A DNA stretch of 64,000 bases from Nitrospirota bacterium (GCA_040756135.1 JBFLZS010000006.1:16173-80172), one strand, 5' to 3'; counted from the stretch's first letter, positions 39,534 through 49,065 are shown. Translations and numbers: made by a program. The notes: generated by a model from the sequence alone, not told the origin.

Positions 39534-39920
39534 TTAAACCCTATCTATAACAACCTGTACGCCCCTCATGAGGCTGGCATTAAGAAGCAGGGGTCCTTGA
39601 AAGTTGGCTATCACTTTTCCATCCTCCACCCTTATGATAACGAGTGCGGCAAGGTCTTCCTCTTTTTTTAGTTGAAGATATTCCCTTATAGCAACATCGA
39701 GTTTTATTGAATAGTCAGGTAAAAAGATTGAAGGCTCTGCTACTATAAATGCGACATCGGGGTTGTCCACTGCCTGAAGCCATTTAAGTGGAGTGTCTTT
39801 GTAGTCCATCAATATATAACGCTTAATTTCAGGGAATCCAGGAATACCATCAGGAAAGTTAATAATTTTATCTTCGTCAATCTCTAATATCCCGAATCTT
39901 GACGTCTCAAACCTTACCAT
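39534..39920 (-). CDS. fliW: Flagellar assembly factor FliW
   Basis: TSRFG, FPDGIPGFP, WLQ, AF...P, ANFQGPL; next to csrA. Confidence 0.93.
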   Translation of the reverse strand: MVRFETSRFGILEIDEDKIINFPDGIPGFPEIKRYILMDYKDTPLKWLQAVDNPDVAFIVAEPSIFLPDYSIKLDVAIREYLQLKKEEDLAALVIIRVEDGKVIANFQGPLLLNASLMRGVQVVIDRV

Positions 39921-39921
39921 C

Positions 39922-40146
39922 CTATTTTAATGCCTCTTTTATCTTTTTAAACTCATCAATTGATAACAATGATGACATAATGTTTTCTGACTTTATTTTT
40001 TCGTATAGCTCTTTCCTATATATTCTGATATTGGTGGGTGCATCTATGCCCAATCTAACCTGGTTGCCCTTTATCTCTATAACTGTGATGGTTATGTCAT
40101 CTCCAAGCTTTATGGCCTCATCTGACTTCCTTGTCAAAACCAGCAT
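39922..40146 (-). CDS. csrA: Translational regulator CsrA
   Basis: MLVLTRK, QVRLGIDAP, IYRKELY. Confidence 0.97.
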   Translation of the reverse strand: MLVLTRKSDEAIKLGDDITITVIEIKGNQVRLGIDAPTNIRIYRKELYEKIKSENIMSSLLSIDEFKKIKEALK

Positions 40147-40163
40147 CCTGCCTCCTGATAATC

Positions 40164-40226
40164 AGGTTAAGGTTGAGGTTAAGGTCAAGGCTAAGAAAAC
40201 CTCAACCTTAATCTGAACCTTAACCT
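40164..40226. repeat. Inverted hexamer tandem arrays between flgL and csrA
   Basis: (AGGTTA/AGGTTG)n followed by (AACCTC/AACCTT)n. Confidence 0.75.
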
Positions 40227-41766
40227 ATTTAAGAAAATCAAGCAATGACTGTGATAGCACCTCTGCTACTGATCGTCTTAATGCCTCTAATGCAACCTCT
40301 GTTTTGGATATCTCGCTGAAGACTTCTGTTAGGTCTGCATCTTCTGTATTTGAAAGGACTGTCTTCAGGTTCAGTGTGCTGTCGTCAAGCCTGTTTGTCT
40401 GGTCATCCAGGCGGTTTAGCCTTGCCCCGATACCTGCCTGGACATTTGTAACCTGGTCGAGGGCATTATTGAGCGGTTCGAGCAATGCCCGTATTCTGGA
40501 GATATTATTACTTTCCAGTGCCGAACTCAAAATATCGGTCATCTGGATAAAGTTGGAAAAACTGAAACTGTCGAGAAAAGTTGTATCATATGCGTCCCGG
40601 ATATCAGCATTTATTGTTGTACCTGTCCCGGGGTAATAATGAGCATATTTGCCATCTTCATCAAGCTGAATCAACTCTGTTGAGCTGACAAAGAATTTAT
40701 CGCTGGAGGTAACAGTTCCTGTGATAATGACGTCAAGGCCATCGAAGGTTATGGTACCTCCGGATACATATACACCTGTTGCAACTACTGCGCCTGTATT
40801 AACATTCTGTACAGAATAATTACCAGCTCCATCGAAACTGACTTCATAGACGTCCTTTGTCAGGTCAAAGTGATTTGATATATTTGCAGTAATATCTGCA
40901 TCTGAGGAGTAATTAAGTGTAGAGGGTTTTAGGGGGTTAACACTGATCCGGAATATGTCACCTGCCTGTGGTGCAGAGAAGACGTCGCTGATAACAATAT
41001 CTAAACCATCGAAGAGGATATGGCTGCCTGATGTATAAGTGGCACCTGATATAATAGTTGCGCCAGTATCAACATCGACGACATCATAGGTCGTTGGAGC
41101 TGTGAAGTTTATCTCATATTTATGAAAAGTAAGTGCTGTCCTGTCTGAAATAGATTTTGCCGTAACATCTGCTCCGCCGGTGTTGCCAGGGTCTGCAGAA
41201 GAATGGACGACTGAACTGAAGAAATAACTGAATGCTTCATCGCCCGGAATATTAATGGGCATTGATGCCCCTTTGTCTACTATTGTATTGATTATCCCTG
41301 AGCTCCCCTGATAGTCAAAAGTGGCGGCATTGAATGACTGAATGTTGGTCTTAAATCCAGAAAATATGTACCTGTCTCTGAACTTACTGTTTGCCATGTT
41401 CAGGAGATGGTCTCTGATCTGTGTTACTTCTTCTGCGGCAGCGGCCCTTGATTCAGCACTTTCTGTCCCTGTGACTCCCTGAAGTGCAAGCTCCTTTGCC
41501 CTGATTAAGGCATCTGAAACAGATGACATAATCTTTTCTGTGAAGTCTTGATGGGCTTCAGCTTCACCTATATTCCTTTTGTATTGTGCGTTATCGTTAA
41601 TGCTCAGTTTGTAATCCATTGCCCTCATCAGGCCGATTACATTATCTGAAGGCTTATTTATTTTCTTTCCAGAAGAGACCTGATTATATAGCCCTGACAT
41701 CTCCTCAAGATTCCTCTGAAGGGATCTTGTAAGCTGATTGAATATCATGAAGGATGTGATTCTCAT
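40225..41766 (-). CDS. flgL: Hook-associated protein FlgL
   Basis: MRIT, SSGKKINKPSD, RYIFSG, EDAD, SLLDFLK. Confidence 0.95.
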   Translation of the reverse strand: MRITSFMIFNQLTRSLQRNLEEMSGLYNQVSSGKKINKPSDNVIGLMRAMDYKLSINDNAQYKRNIGEAEAHQDFTEKIMSSVSDALIRAKELALQGVTGTESAESRAAAAEEVTQIRDHLLNMANSKFRDRYIFSGFKTNIQSFNAATFDYQGSSGIINTIVDKGASMPINIPGDEAFSYFFSSVVHSSADPGNTGGADVTAKSISDRTALTFHKYEINFTAPTTYDVVDVDTGATIISGATYTSGSHILFDGLDIVISDVFSAPQAGDIFRISVNPLKPSTLNYSSDADITANISNHFDLTKDVYEVSFDGAGNYSVQNVNTGAVVATGVYVSGGTITFDGLDVIITGTVTSSDKFFVSSTELIQLDEDGKYAHYYPGTGTTINADIRDAYDTTFLDSFSFSNFIQMTDILSSALESNNISRIRALLEPLNNALDQVTNVQAGIGARLNRLDDQTNRLDDSTLNLKTVLSNTEDADLTEVFSEISKTEVALEALRRSVAEVLSQSLLDFLK

Positions 41767-43385
41767 AGGTTGAGTATGGTCTGCAGTAGTTCGTCTGTAA
41801 CCTTAATCATCCTTGCCCCGGCTTCGAAGGAACGCTGAAACCTTATGAGATTTGCAGCCTCTTCGTCCAGAGAGACGCCGGATATGGACTCCCGCCGATT
41901 TTCAATTTCAGAAAGAAGGTTATCATCAAATTTCAGACTGTTTGAAGCTGCATTGCTCATGGAGCCTATACCGGAGACAATACCTCTATAATAATCCATA
42001 AATGTTAAGCTGCCGAGATCAGTTATGGCATTATCAGGCAATTGAGCAATGTTAAGGGCATTGCTGTTGTCACCGGGTAGATCGGCATCCGACGAAGCAG
42101 CAGCAACCTTCTGGGGATCAGTAATGGCCACCCCGAAATTGTCAATGGCATCCGTTAAAGGACTTATAGAAAATCTATCCGTTGAGGTGATTGCGCCTGT
42201 GATAACGACCTGTATACCATCAAAGGTAATGGGATTTCCTGAAACATATGCGCCTGATGTAACAAGTGCACCGGTTTGTTTGTTGTATACATAATAGTTG
42301 CTGGCTGCATCAAACGTTATATTATATTCATCAAGTGTTAATTGAGAAATGTCCGCTATTGTAGCCGTTATGTCCGCACCCGGAGAGAAATCTCGAGTAG
42401 AAAGCTGTAGGGGGTTAAAGAAATTATTTCCCGTAGTCCCATCAAGGCCATAGCCTGCACTGTGAAGGATGTTTATTTCTTTGGTCAGGGATGCGATGAG
42501 TCTTCGCAGACGACCCAATGTATTAGTTTCAATGTCGTCTCTGACTGCAATGATCCCTCCTAATTGGCCCTTCGTGATATTCCCGGTAATATTTATACCG
42601 TCAAGATAGAGGTCATTTTTCCCATCTTCATTTACCTTGATAGAAAGGGTGTTTGTTTTTTCTCCATAGACAAGGTTTCTCATGCCAACCATAACAGTCA
42701 AGGAACCATTATTTTTGTCTTCATATGAGGTAAATTCCACGAGGTTTGATAGCTCATTGAGGAGGTTGTCCCTCTGATCTCTGAGGTCATTTGCCTTTTC
42801 AGATTTGAGTCCTGCCTCTATCTGGGTTATCTTGCCATTTAATGCAGCAATATCCGATGCGATGGAATTAACGCGATCAACGATATCATCCATGTTTTCG
42901 TTTGTTTGGCTCAGGTTTTCGAGGATTCCTTGTTCCATCCTTTTTGCTGTGAAGACAAGGGTGTTTGCCTTCTCGATCAATACTATTCTCTGAGGCTGAC
43001 CTTCCGGATTTGTAGCAACATCATGCCATGCATTGAAATAGTCCGTCAAAGAAGCTGAAAGCCCTGTATCGCCTGCCTCATTAAATATCTGCTCGACCTG
43101 GCTCAATGCCTGGTTAAGTGCATATGACCTGCCATAGTTCTGATACTGTCCGAGGAGCTGAGACTGAATAAACCTGTCGTAATATCTCTTAATACCAGCG
43201 ATTGTCACACCTCTTCCTAAATAGCCGCCCTTGACAGCAACAGGACTTGTTATTTCCAGTATTGCCTCTTGTCTATTGAATCCCGGTGTGTTCGCATTAG
43301 CAATGTTATGGCTTGTCACACTGAGTGCTGTCTGGCTGGCAAATAGTGCTGATTTACCAATATCGAACAAGCCGAATAGGGACAA
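41763..43385 (-). CDS. flgK: Hook-associated protein FlgK
   Basis: HNIANANTPG..RQ, NDLRDQRD, SGVSLDEE. Confidence 0.96.
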   Translation of the reverse strand: MSLFGLFDIGKSALFASQTALSVTSHNIANANTPGFNRQEAILEITSPVAVKGGYLGRGVTIAGIKRYYDRFIQSQLLGQYQNYGRSYALNQALSQVEQIFNEAGDTGLSASLTDYFNAWHDVATNPEGQPQRIVLIEKANTLVFTAKRMEQGILENLSQTNENMDDIVDRVNSIASDIAALNGKITQIEAGLKSEKANDLRDQRDNLLNELSNLVEFTSYEDKNNGSLTVMVGMRNLVYGEKTNTLSIKVNEDGKNDLYLDGINITGNITKGQLGGIIAVRDDIETNTLGRLRRLIASLTKEINILHSAGYGLDGTTGNNFFNPLQLSTRDFSPGADITATIADISQLTLDEYNITFDAASNYYVYNKQTGALVTSGAYVSGNPITFDGIQVVITGAITSTDRFSISPLTDAIDNFGVAITDPQKVAAASSDADLPGDNSNALNIAQLPDNAITDLGSLTFMDYYRGIVSGIGSMSNAASNSLKFDDNLLSEIENRRESISGVSLDEEAANLIRFQRSFEAGARMIKVTDELLQTILNL

Positions 43386-43841
43386 TTATGCCTCCTTTGA
43401 AAGGACTTTTCCGATACCTTTTGAATTTAAATTCATTCCAAATAAATCCAGAAAATTAGTAGCGTTCTTTATAAAGTTCATGGAACGCTCAATCAGTATC
43501 CGGTTGAACTCATTAAGCTCTGCAATGCCCTGTAATAAGGAAATTAGCTGCAACCTCAGTGTTTGAAAGGAAACGTCGCCGGTTAATTCATATAATCTTT
43601 GCAGATTTATGCCGCCTTTAATCCCATTTTCATCCGCGAATTTTGTTACAAGCCTTATTCTTTCTTCTTCAAGGAGCCTGAGTCTCAGGACTATGGTATC
43701 TTTTTCCTTTGAAATGGCTTCGCCTGCGACAGAATTAAAACTTATTAAACACTCCCTTTCCCTCTGAAGCACATCAAGGAGCATCTGGTAGTTGCTGACC
43801 TGTTCGATGAGAATACTTTTTATATTATCGCCTGTCTTCAT
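43386..43841 (-). CDS. flgN: Flagellar export chaperone FlgN
   Basis: Coiled-coil, LNEFNRILIERS; lies between flgM and flgK. Confidence 0.85.
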   Translation of the reverse strand: MKTGDNIKSILIEQVSNYQMLLDVLQRERECLISFNSVAGEAISKEKDTIVLRLRLLEEERIRLVTKFADENGIKGGINLQRLYELTGDVSFQTLRLQLISLLQGIAELNEFNRILIERSMNFIKNATNFLDLFGMNLNSKGIGKVLSKEA

Positions 43842-44116
43842 AGTTCCTTCAGTATTCTCTCGGCAAGCTTCACAGGATCAACATTGTAATTGCCTGCTTC
43901 AATGGCCTCATTTACTGCTCTTACTTTATCTTCTCTAATCTCAGGCAGTTGGTTGATGGAAGCCAATAGCTCTTTTGCCTTTTGAGAGATATCGACCTTA
44001 TCTGTTAAAACTGTCTTCCCCCGCTCCGGAACCCTATTCTTTCCCTCAGGCCCTGAAACCTTCTGGGTACCGGCGTTTATATCCTGACTACCTGAAAATT
44101 TGTCATGGATCTTCAT
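43838..44116 (-). CDS. flgM: Anti-sigma28 factor FlgM
   Basis: DKVDISQKA, PEIREDKV..I.AGNYNVD..KLAE. Confidence 0.92.
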   Translation of the reverse strand: MKIHDKFSGSQDINAGTQKVSGPEGKNRVPERGKTVLTDKVDISQKAKELLASINQLPEIREDKVRAVNEAIEAGNYNVDPVKLAERILKEL

Positions 44117-44146
44117 CCCGACCTCCTGACAGAGATATTTCTTTTT

Positions 44147-44173
44147 TTATCGGAACTTTCCATAAATTCTTTA
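44147..44173 (-). promoter_or_regulatory. Sigma28 promoter of flgM
   Basis: TAAA-N15-TCCGATAA, 30 nt upstream of the flgM ATG. Confidence 0.8.
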
Positions 44174-44203
44174 ATCCTTATCGGGATTTGATTCCTGACT
44201 TAC

Positions 44204-44341
44204 TAAGGAGTTCATAAGTAAAACCACATGCGATGCAAATTTTGTCATTCTCCGGCTTGACCGGAGAATCCAGTTTCTTTCTCTGGATTGCCCGATCAAG
44301 TCGGGCAATGACGATTATGTGGCCTTCTTATGGTCTTATTA
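44204..44341. mobile_element. Shell element with GTCATT cargo, providing the flgJ stop
   Basis: Left arm TAAGGAGTTCATAAGTAA (exact reverse complement at 62115-62132); right arm TTCTTATGGTCTTATTA contains the flgJ TAA. Confidence 0.75.
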
Positions 44342-44639
44342 GTATGCCTTCTGTTTTTTCAACAAGTCTACTTATACCTTTAAGTAAGGTATCTTGCAGT
44401 CCAAACCCCCTTTCGGCAAACAGTCTTGCAAGTTCCATGTCGAACAAACTCATGTATGTGTCTCTTCCCAGTCCGTCTTCTGATTCCGTGTTCGTTGTCT
44501 TCCTCATTGCTTTGATAAGTTCATATGCGAAGAGGGCCTCCATCTCCTTTGTAACAGCCTTTATGGCCTCGGGGTCATTCCTTCCCCTGTATTCTTCAAT
44601 ATTACGATGATAGTTGTAAATGCTATGTTGAATTTTCAA
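44328..44639 (-). CDS. flgJ: FlgJ rod-binding domain protein (no muramidase)
   Basis: EMEALF..LIKAMRKT, Y.SLFD.ELA, GFGL; follows flgI; TTG start. Confidence 0.85.
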   Translation of the reverse strand: MKIQHSIYNYHRNIEEYRGRNDPEAIKAVTKEMEALFAYELIKAMRKTTNTESEDGLGRDTYMSLFDMELARLFAERGFGLQDTLLKGISRLVEKTEGILIRP

Positions 44640-44661
44640 TTAAAATACCTCAAATTGTTTA

Positions 44662-44755
44662 TAGTAATCTCCCCTAACCCCTCTTTAAAAAAGAGGGGAA
44701 TATTTGAGTTCTTAAAAGTCCCCCTTTAATAAAGGGGGATAGAGGGGGATTACTA
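44662..44755. repeat. CCCCT-type double palindrome between flgI and flgJ
   Basis: TAGTAATCTCCCCTAACCCCTCTTT..AAAGAGGGG..CCCCCTTT..AAAGGGGGATAGAGGGGGATTACTA. Confidence 0.75.
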
Positions 44756-44762
44756 AATTTCA

Positions 44763-45950
44763 TTATATAATCTCCAGTTCAGCTTTCAGTGCTCCTGATG
44801 CCTTTAATGCCTGAAGGATAGAAATTATGTCTCTGGGAGTTACACCCAGAACATTTAAGCCCTTCACTATCTCTCCGAGTGTGACGCCTGAGACCTGGAT
44901 AAGTGATGCTTTTTGTTCCTTTACAGTAACCTCTTTTTTCGGAACTACTACGGTTTCAGCCTTTTCAGGTGCAAAAGGCGGCGGTTGAGAAACCTCATAC
45001 TCTGTCTTAATCTCGATTGTGAGGTTCCCATGAGCAATAGCAACAGGAGAAATCCTGACCTTATCTCCGATAACAACTGTCCCGGTCCTTTCGTTTATCA
45101 CAACAATTGCTGGCACATCAACAGATACATCAATCCCCTCTACAAGTGTTATAAATTCAACAATCCTGTTCGAATATTCTGGAGGTATCCGCAACTTAAC
45201 GGCAGAGGGGTCTATGGTTGAGGCATAATTGGAGTTTAATTCTTCATTTATTTTCTTTACAATACCTGCAGCAGTAGTAAAATCAGGCCTTTTTAAGAAT
45301 ATCTTTATTTCATTCCCGCTGCCGAGGACAAAAGGGACATCCTTTTCTATAATGACACCCTCCGGGATTTTCCCTGTCGTCGGGTGGTTCTTTTGAATGG
45401 TTGTGCCCCCTCCACCTCCCACGAAACCACCGATAGAGACAGGACCCTGAGCAAGGGCATATACCTTGCCATCAGGGCCCTTTAAGGGGGTGAGAAGGAG
45501 GGTGCCACCTTGGAGACTCTTAGCATCTCCAAGAGTTGATACCAGGGCATCGATCCTGGTACCAGGCTTGGGGAAAGGAGGCAGTTTTGATGTAATCATC
45601 ACTGAAGCAGTATTTTTAGCCTTTATATCATTTGGTTCAACTGTTAAACCCATTCTCTGGAGCATATTTGCGATACTCTGCATGGTAGCAAGACCTTTAT
45701 CTCCTGAACCATCAAGGCCTACGACAAGACCGTATCCGATAAGCTGATTCTCTCTCACCCCTTCGAAAGTAGCAATATCCTTTATCCTCTCAGCACGAAC
45801 AACAGTAGACAGTAAACAGTGAATAGTGAATAGTAGAAAGACAGTAATAACTAATGAGTAACAAATCCCCCCACGCCCCCCTTTGCTAAAGGGGGGTAAG
45901 GGGGGATTTGACTTTTGACTTTTGACTTTTGACTTATTTAGAATGGCCAT
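44763..45950 (-). CDS. flgI: Flagellar P-ring protein FlgI (signal peptide built from repeats)
   Basis: RIKD, NQLIGYGLVVGLDG, GDAKSLQGG.LL.TPL, NERTGTVV, LQALK.SGAL.AEL. Confidence 0.97.
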   Translation of the reverse strand: MAILNKSKVKSQKSNPPLPPFSKGGRGGICYSLVITVFLLFTIHCLLSTVVRAERIKDIATFEGVRENQLIGYGLVVGLDGSGDKGLATMQSIANMLQRMGLTVEPNDIKAKNTASVMITSKLPPFPKPGTRIDALVSTLGDAKSLQGGTLLLTPLKGPDGKVYALAQGPVSIGGFVGGGGGTTIQKNHPTTGKIPEGVIIEKDVPFVLGSGNEIKIFLKRPDFTTAAGIVKKINEELNSNYASTIDPSAVKLRIPPEYSNRIVEFITLVEGIDVSVDVPAIVVINERTGTVVIGDKVRISPVAIAHGNLTIEIKTEYEVSQPPPFAPEKAETVVVPKKEVTVKEQKASLIQVSGVTLGEIVKGLNVLGVTPRDIISILQALKASGALKAELEII

Positions 45951-46675
45951 ATGTTATCCAGTATCTTTACAAGCCAGCCTTGACCCTGTTTGTCCTGAAT
46001 GATTCCGTCTCCTACAAAAAAGACCTGTGCATCTGCTATCCTGGTGCTCAATACTGTATTATCCACCTCAATATCATCGGGTCTAATCATGCCTTTCAAT
46101 ATGAGTATCTGTTTTTCATTGTTAATAGTTATTTCTTTCCTTGCCTCAAGGACAAGATTATTGTTAGGCATCACTTCAACAACCTTTGCCGTAATAGTTC
46201 CTACGAGTTTTCCTTCCCGTGTTGTTTCACCGCTGCCTTTGAAATCACTCTGGGCAGAACCTGCTACTTCAGGTGAAAACGTATAACCTTTACCATAAAA
46301 ATTATCCAGATTGAGGTTGAGAGGCGCACCCAAAAATTTATCTACTCCGACATCGAGTGAGGATTGCTTGCTTGTGTTGGTATCTGCCTTGCCTGATCCC
46401 GTTATATTTTCTACAACCTTGATAGTCACGAGGTCATTGAGTCTTCTTGCTTTTACATCCTCATAGAGGCTTGCTGTATCACGCCAAAGAGAGTTCGTTG
46501 AAAACTTTTCTTCTCTCTCCACCTGGTGCACATATTTTGGAGGAGGTGCAGGAAGATCTTTTGTTGTAGCGCACGCAGAAAAGAGAAATAGGGCATGGAG
46601 CATAGAGCATAGAGCACATGCTTTCTTTACTTTTTCGCACTTAGCTCCTTGCTCCTTGCTCTTTGCTCTTTGCAT
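45938..46675 (-). CDS. flgH: Flagellar L-ring lipoprotein FlgH
   Basis: Lipobox FSAC, D.KA...D.VTI, V..V.PN.NL, IRPDDI, QGWL..WPF; ATG 46675. Confidence 0.95.
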   Translation of the reverse strand: MQRAKSKEQGAKCEKVKKACALCSMLHALFLFSACATTKDLPAPPPKYVHQVEREEKFSTNSLWRDTASLYEDVKARRLNDLVTIKVVENITGSGKADTNTSKQSSLDVGVDKFLGAPLNLNLDNFYGKGYTFSPEVAGSAQSDFKGSGETTREGKLVGTITAKVVEVMPNNNLVLEARKEITINNEKQILILKGMIRPDDIEVDNTVLSTRIADAQVFFVGDGIIQDKQGQGWLVKILDNIWPF

Positions 46676-46676
46676 C

Positions 46677-47528
46677 TTATAGCCCCACCTTGATAGTATT
46701 CTCATTTATGAGAAGTCCTTTGACTATTTTTTTGGAGGCAAGATTTATCGCTTTTACAAGCTTACCAACAGTGCTGTCTTCTTTCATTTCACCGATTGCG
46801 GCGATCTTTAAACCTTCGGACTCAACTAAAAGAGTTACTCTTTGTCCTTTTTTCACCACGGATGTTTCACTTACCATGCCTGAACTCAGTGGCATATTCG
46901 CAATGATTGAACGCAGCAAAGGTTTTCCTATAACCTTCTCAATATCTTTGTCTTTTAAGGCGCCATTCGGTATCTTTCGAACATCCATAAGCACCGTATA
47001 CACATCATCTTCCTGAAGATAATAGCCCTTTTTGAATGCCCTTCTGCTTACGAGGATATGATCGTATGCCTTGATATTGGCAGTTGCTGTTATTTTCTTG
47101 CCATCTTCAAACTCCAGAACAAAGATTGTCTTTCCAGGAGGAGACTTTTTTATCATAATCTTCTCAATTTGTTTTCCGGGCATTTCGTTATTCACAGTAA
47201 GGTTATTTATATCGATCTCAGACCATGGATAATTGTTTCTGAGATATTCTTTCAGCACATCTTCAATACCCTGAGAAGAGGAAAATGCAATAGGAACAGA
47301 AAAAAACGATGCTGAAACCAATATGACAAGAACTGAGGATATTATTACCCAAATTGAGCGATTTTTTCGTGTCATTCCAAGCCCTTCGCTCTTTGTCATT
47401 CCGAGCGAAGCGAGGAATCTTACTGCTTTCTGATAAAGATTCCTCACACCCTTCGGGTGTTCGGAATGACAAATAAAACAAGACTTTTTGATAGAATCGC
47501 TCAATCTAGGTATTAAGATTTTGTTCAT
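46677..47528 (-). CDS. flgA: P-ring assembly chaperone FlgA (55-codon element in the signal peptide)
   Basis: SAF-like region, VKKGQRV, I.A.GE, VKAINLASKKIV; located between flgG and flgH. Confidence 0.88.
   Translation of the reverse strand: MNKILIPRLSDSIKKSCFICHSEHPKGVRNLYQKAVRFLASLGMTKSEGLGMTRKNRSIWVIISSVLVILVSASFFSVPIAFSSSQGIEDVLKEYLRNNYPWSEIDINNLTVNNEMPGKQIEKIMIKKSPPGKTIFVLEFEDGKKITATANIKAYDHILVSRRAFKKGYYLQEDDVYTVLMDVRKIPNGALKDKDIEKVIGKPLLRSIIANMPLSSGMVSETSVVKKGQRVTLLVESEGLKIAAIGEMKEDSTVGKLVKAINLASKKIVKGLLINENTIKVGL
47346..47512. mobile_element. TA-flanked composite palindromic element in frame in flgA
   Basis: IR TACCCAAATTGAGCGATT / AATCGCTCAATCTAGGTA; GTCATTCCGAGCGAAGCGAGGAATCT...AGATTCC..GGAATGACA cargo; TA-to-TA distance 165 bp. 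Confidence 0.85.
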
Positions 47529-47538
47529 GACAGTCCCT

Positions 47539-48327
47539 TTATTGTTTCAGGCTATTCGCAATCTGAAGCATTTCATCAGATGCCTGTACAGCCTTTGAAT
47601 TAATCTCATATGCCCTTTGACTGATAATCATATTCACCATCTCTTCAACGATATTCACATTACTCATTTCTATGTAACCCTGTGCAATGGTGCCGAGACC
47701 TTCTGTATCAGGGTTACCTGTTGTTGCCTCGCCTGAGGCAGCAGTAGGGGAAAACAGGTTTTTGCCAAGCGCCTTGAGACCGCCTGGATTAATGAATCGT
47801 GCAAGTTCTATCTGTCCAATTTCGGTTGGCGTAGTAGTGCCTTCCTGAGTCACTGAGACTTTCCCGTCTGAACTGACTGTTATGCTCAGTGTATCTGCTG
47901 GTATGGTAATGCCGGGTTCCAAAGGATAACCGTCTGAATTAACAACACGGCCTTCGCTGTCAAGTTTGAATGCACCTGACCTTGTATAAGCGATTTCTCC
48001 ATTAGGCATTGTTACCTGGAAGAATCCATCGCCTTCAATGACAAGGTCAAGATTGTTGCCTGTTTGCGTAAAATCTCCCTGTAAGAATAATTTCTGGACC
48101 GCAACAGGCTTTACTCCGAGACCCATCTGAATTCCTGATGGTATCTGAGCACCTTCAGCAGATACAGCACCAGGCGTTCTCAAATCCTGATAAAGTAATT
48201 CCTGGAAATCTGCCCTGCTCTTTTTAAACCCGACCGTGTTCACATTAGCAAGGTTGTTGGAAATGACATCCATATTGAGCCTCTGGGCCTCCATGCCTGT
48301 TGCTGCTATGAATAAAGACCTTAACAT
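47539..48327 (-). CDS. flgG: Distal rod protein FlgG
   Basis: [38 protein letters not shown]. Confidence 0.97.
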   Translation of the reverse strand: MLRSLFIAATGMEAQRLNMDVISNNLANVNTVGFKKSRADFQELLYQDLRTPGAVSAEGAQIPSGIQMGLGVKPVAVQKLFLQGDFTQTGNNLDLVIEGDGFFQVTMPNGEIAYTRSGAFKLDSEGRVVNSDGYPLEPGITIPADTLSITVSSDGKVSVTQEGTTTPTEIGQIELARFINPGGLKALGKNLFSPTAASGEATTGNPDTEGLGTIAQGYIEMSNVNIVEEMVNMIISQRAYEINSKAVQASDEMLQIANSLKQ

Positions 48328-49035
48328 TTATAACCTCCCTATCTCATTATTGATCTTCTCAGATGCTTCATCAAAGATCCGGATAGCCTTCTGAAAAGAT
48401 TCAAACTCTCTTAATGTCTCTATCATTCTGACCATCTCTTTTATTACGTCAACGTTTGATGCCTCCAGATATGTCTGTTTCACACTGGCATTCGACTTTG
48501 TACCGCCCTCCTGCTTGAAAAAGATACCGTCACCAACCTTCGAGAGACCGTCAGTGTTCGGAAATTCCACAAGCTTGAGGGAATCAATAACTATCCCGTT
48601 TACAGCAATATCTCCGGTAATACTTATCTCTACTTTTCCATCAGGCAATCTGACAGGTCCGCTACTGCCGAGCACTTTGATGCCGTTATAAGATGTCAGA
48701 TAACCTTCACTGTTTCTCTTCATATCTCCTCTTCGTGTATACAGATTTCCTTCCAATGAGATAAATCCGTTGCCATCTATAGCGATATCAAGTGAATTTC
48801 CTGTCTTCACTAATTCTCCTGCTGAAAAATCTGTCTTGAGTGACGAGATATTACTCATTACCCTCCCGTCGGGCTGAAAGACGAAGGTATCTTTGGGTAT
48901 CAGATAATCCTTGAATGAGATATTATCCTTTTTATACCCTGCAGTAGCTGCATTAGCGAGGTTCTGTGAGATAACCTCCATCTGAGAATGTTTGAGGACA
49001 GCTCCGGAAAGTGCTATGTAGATTCCTTTATTCAT
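48328..49035 (-). CDS. flgF: Proximal rod protein FlgF
   Basis: NLANAATAGYK, TG..LD.AI.G.GF, LEASNV. Confidence 0.9.
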   Translation of the reverse strand: MNKGIYIALSGAVLKHSQMEVISQNLANAATAGYKKDNISFKDYLIPKDTFVFQPDGRVMSNISSLKTDFSAGELVKTGNSLDIAIDGNGFISLEGNLYTRRGDMKRNSEGYLTSYNGIKVLGSSGPVRLPDGKVEISITGDIAVNGIVIDSLKLVEFPNTDGLSKVGDGIFFKQEGGTKSNASVKQTYLEASNVDVIKEMVRMIETLREFESFQKAIRIFDEASEKINNEIGRL

Positions 49036-49049
49036 TGACAAAATACCTC

Positions 49050-49065
49050 TGCAAGCTTAATGCCA
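49050..49065 (-). promoter_or_regulatory. Sigma54 promoter upstream of flgF
   Basis: TGGCATTAAGCTTGCA (TGGCA-N6-TTGCA). Confidence 0.65.

Noticed and set aside
44233-44610. 125-aa plus-strand ORF
   Set aside because: Starts in a repeat and is antisense to flgJ
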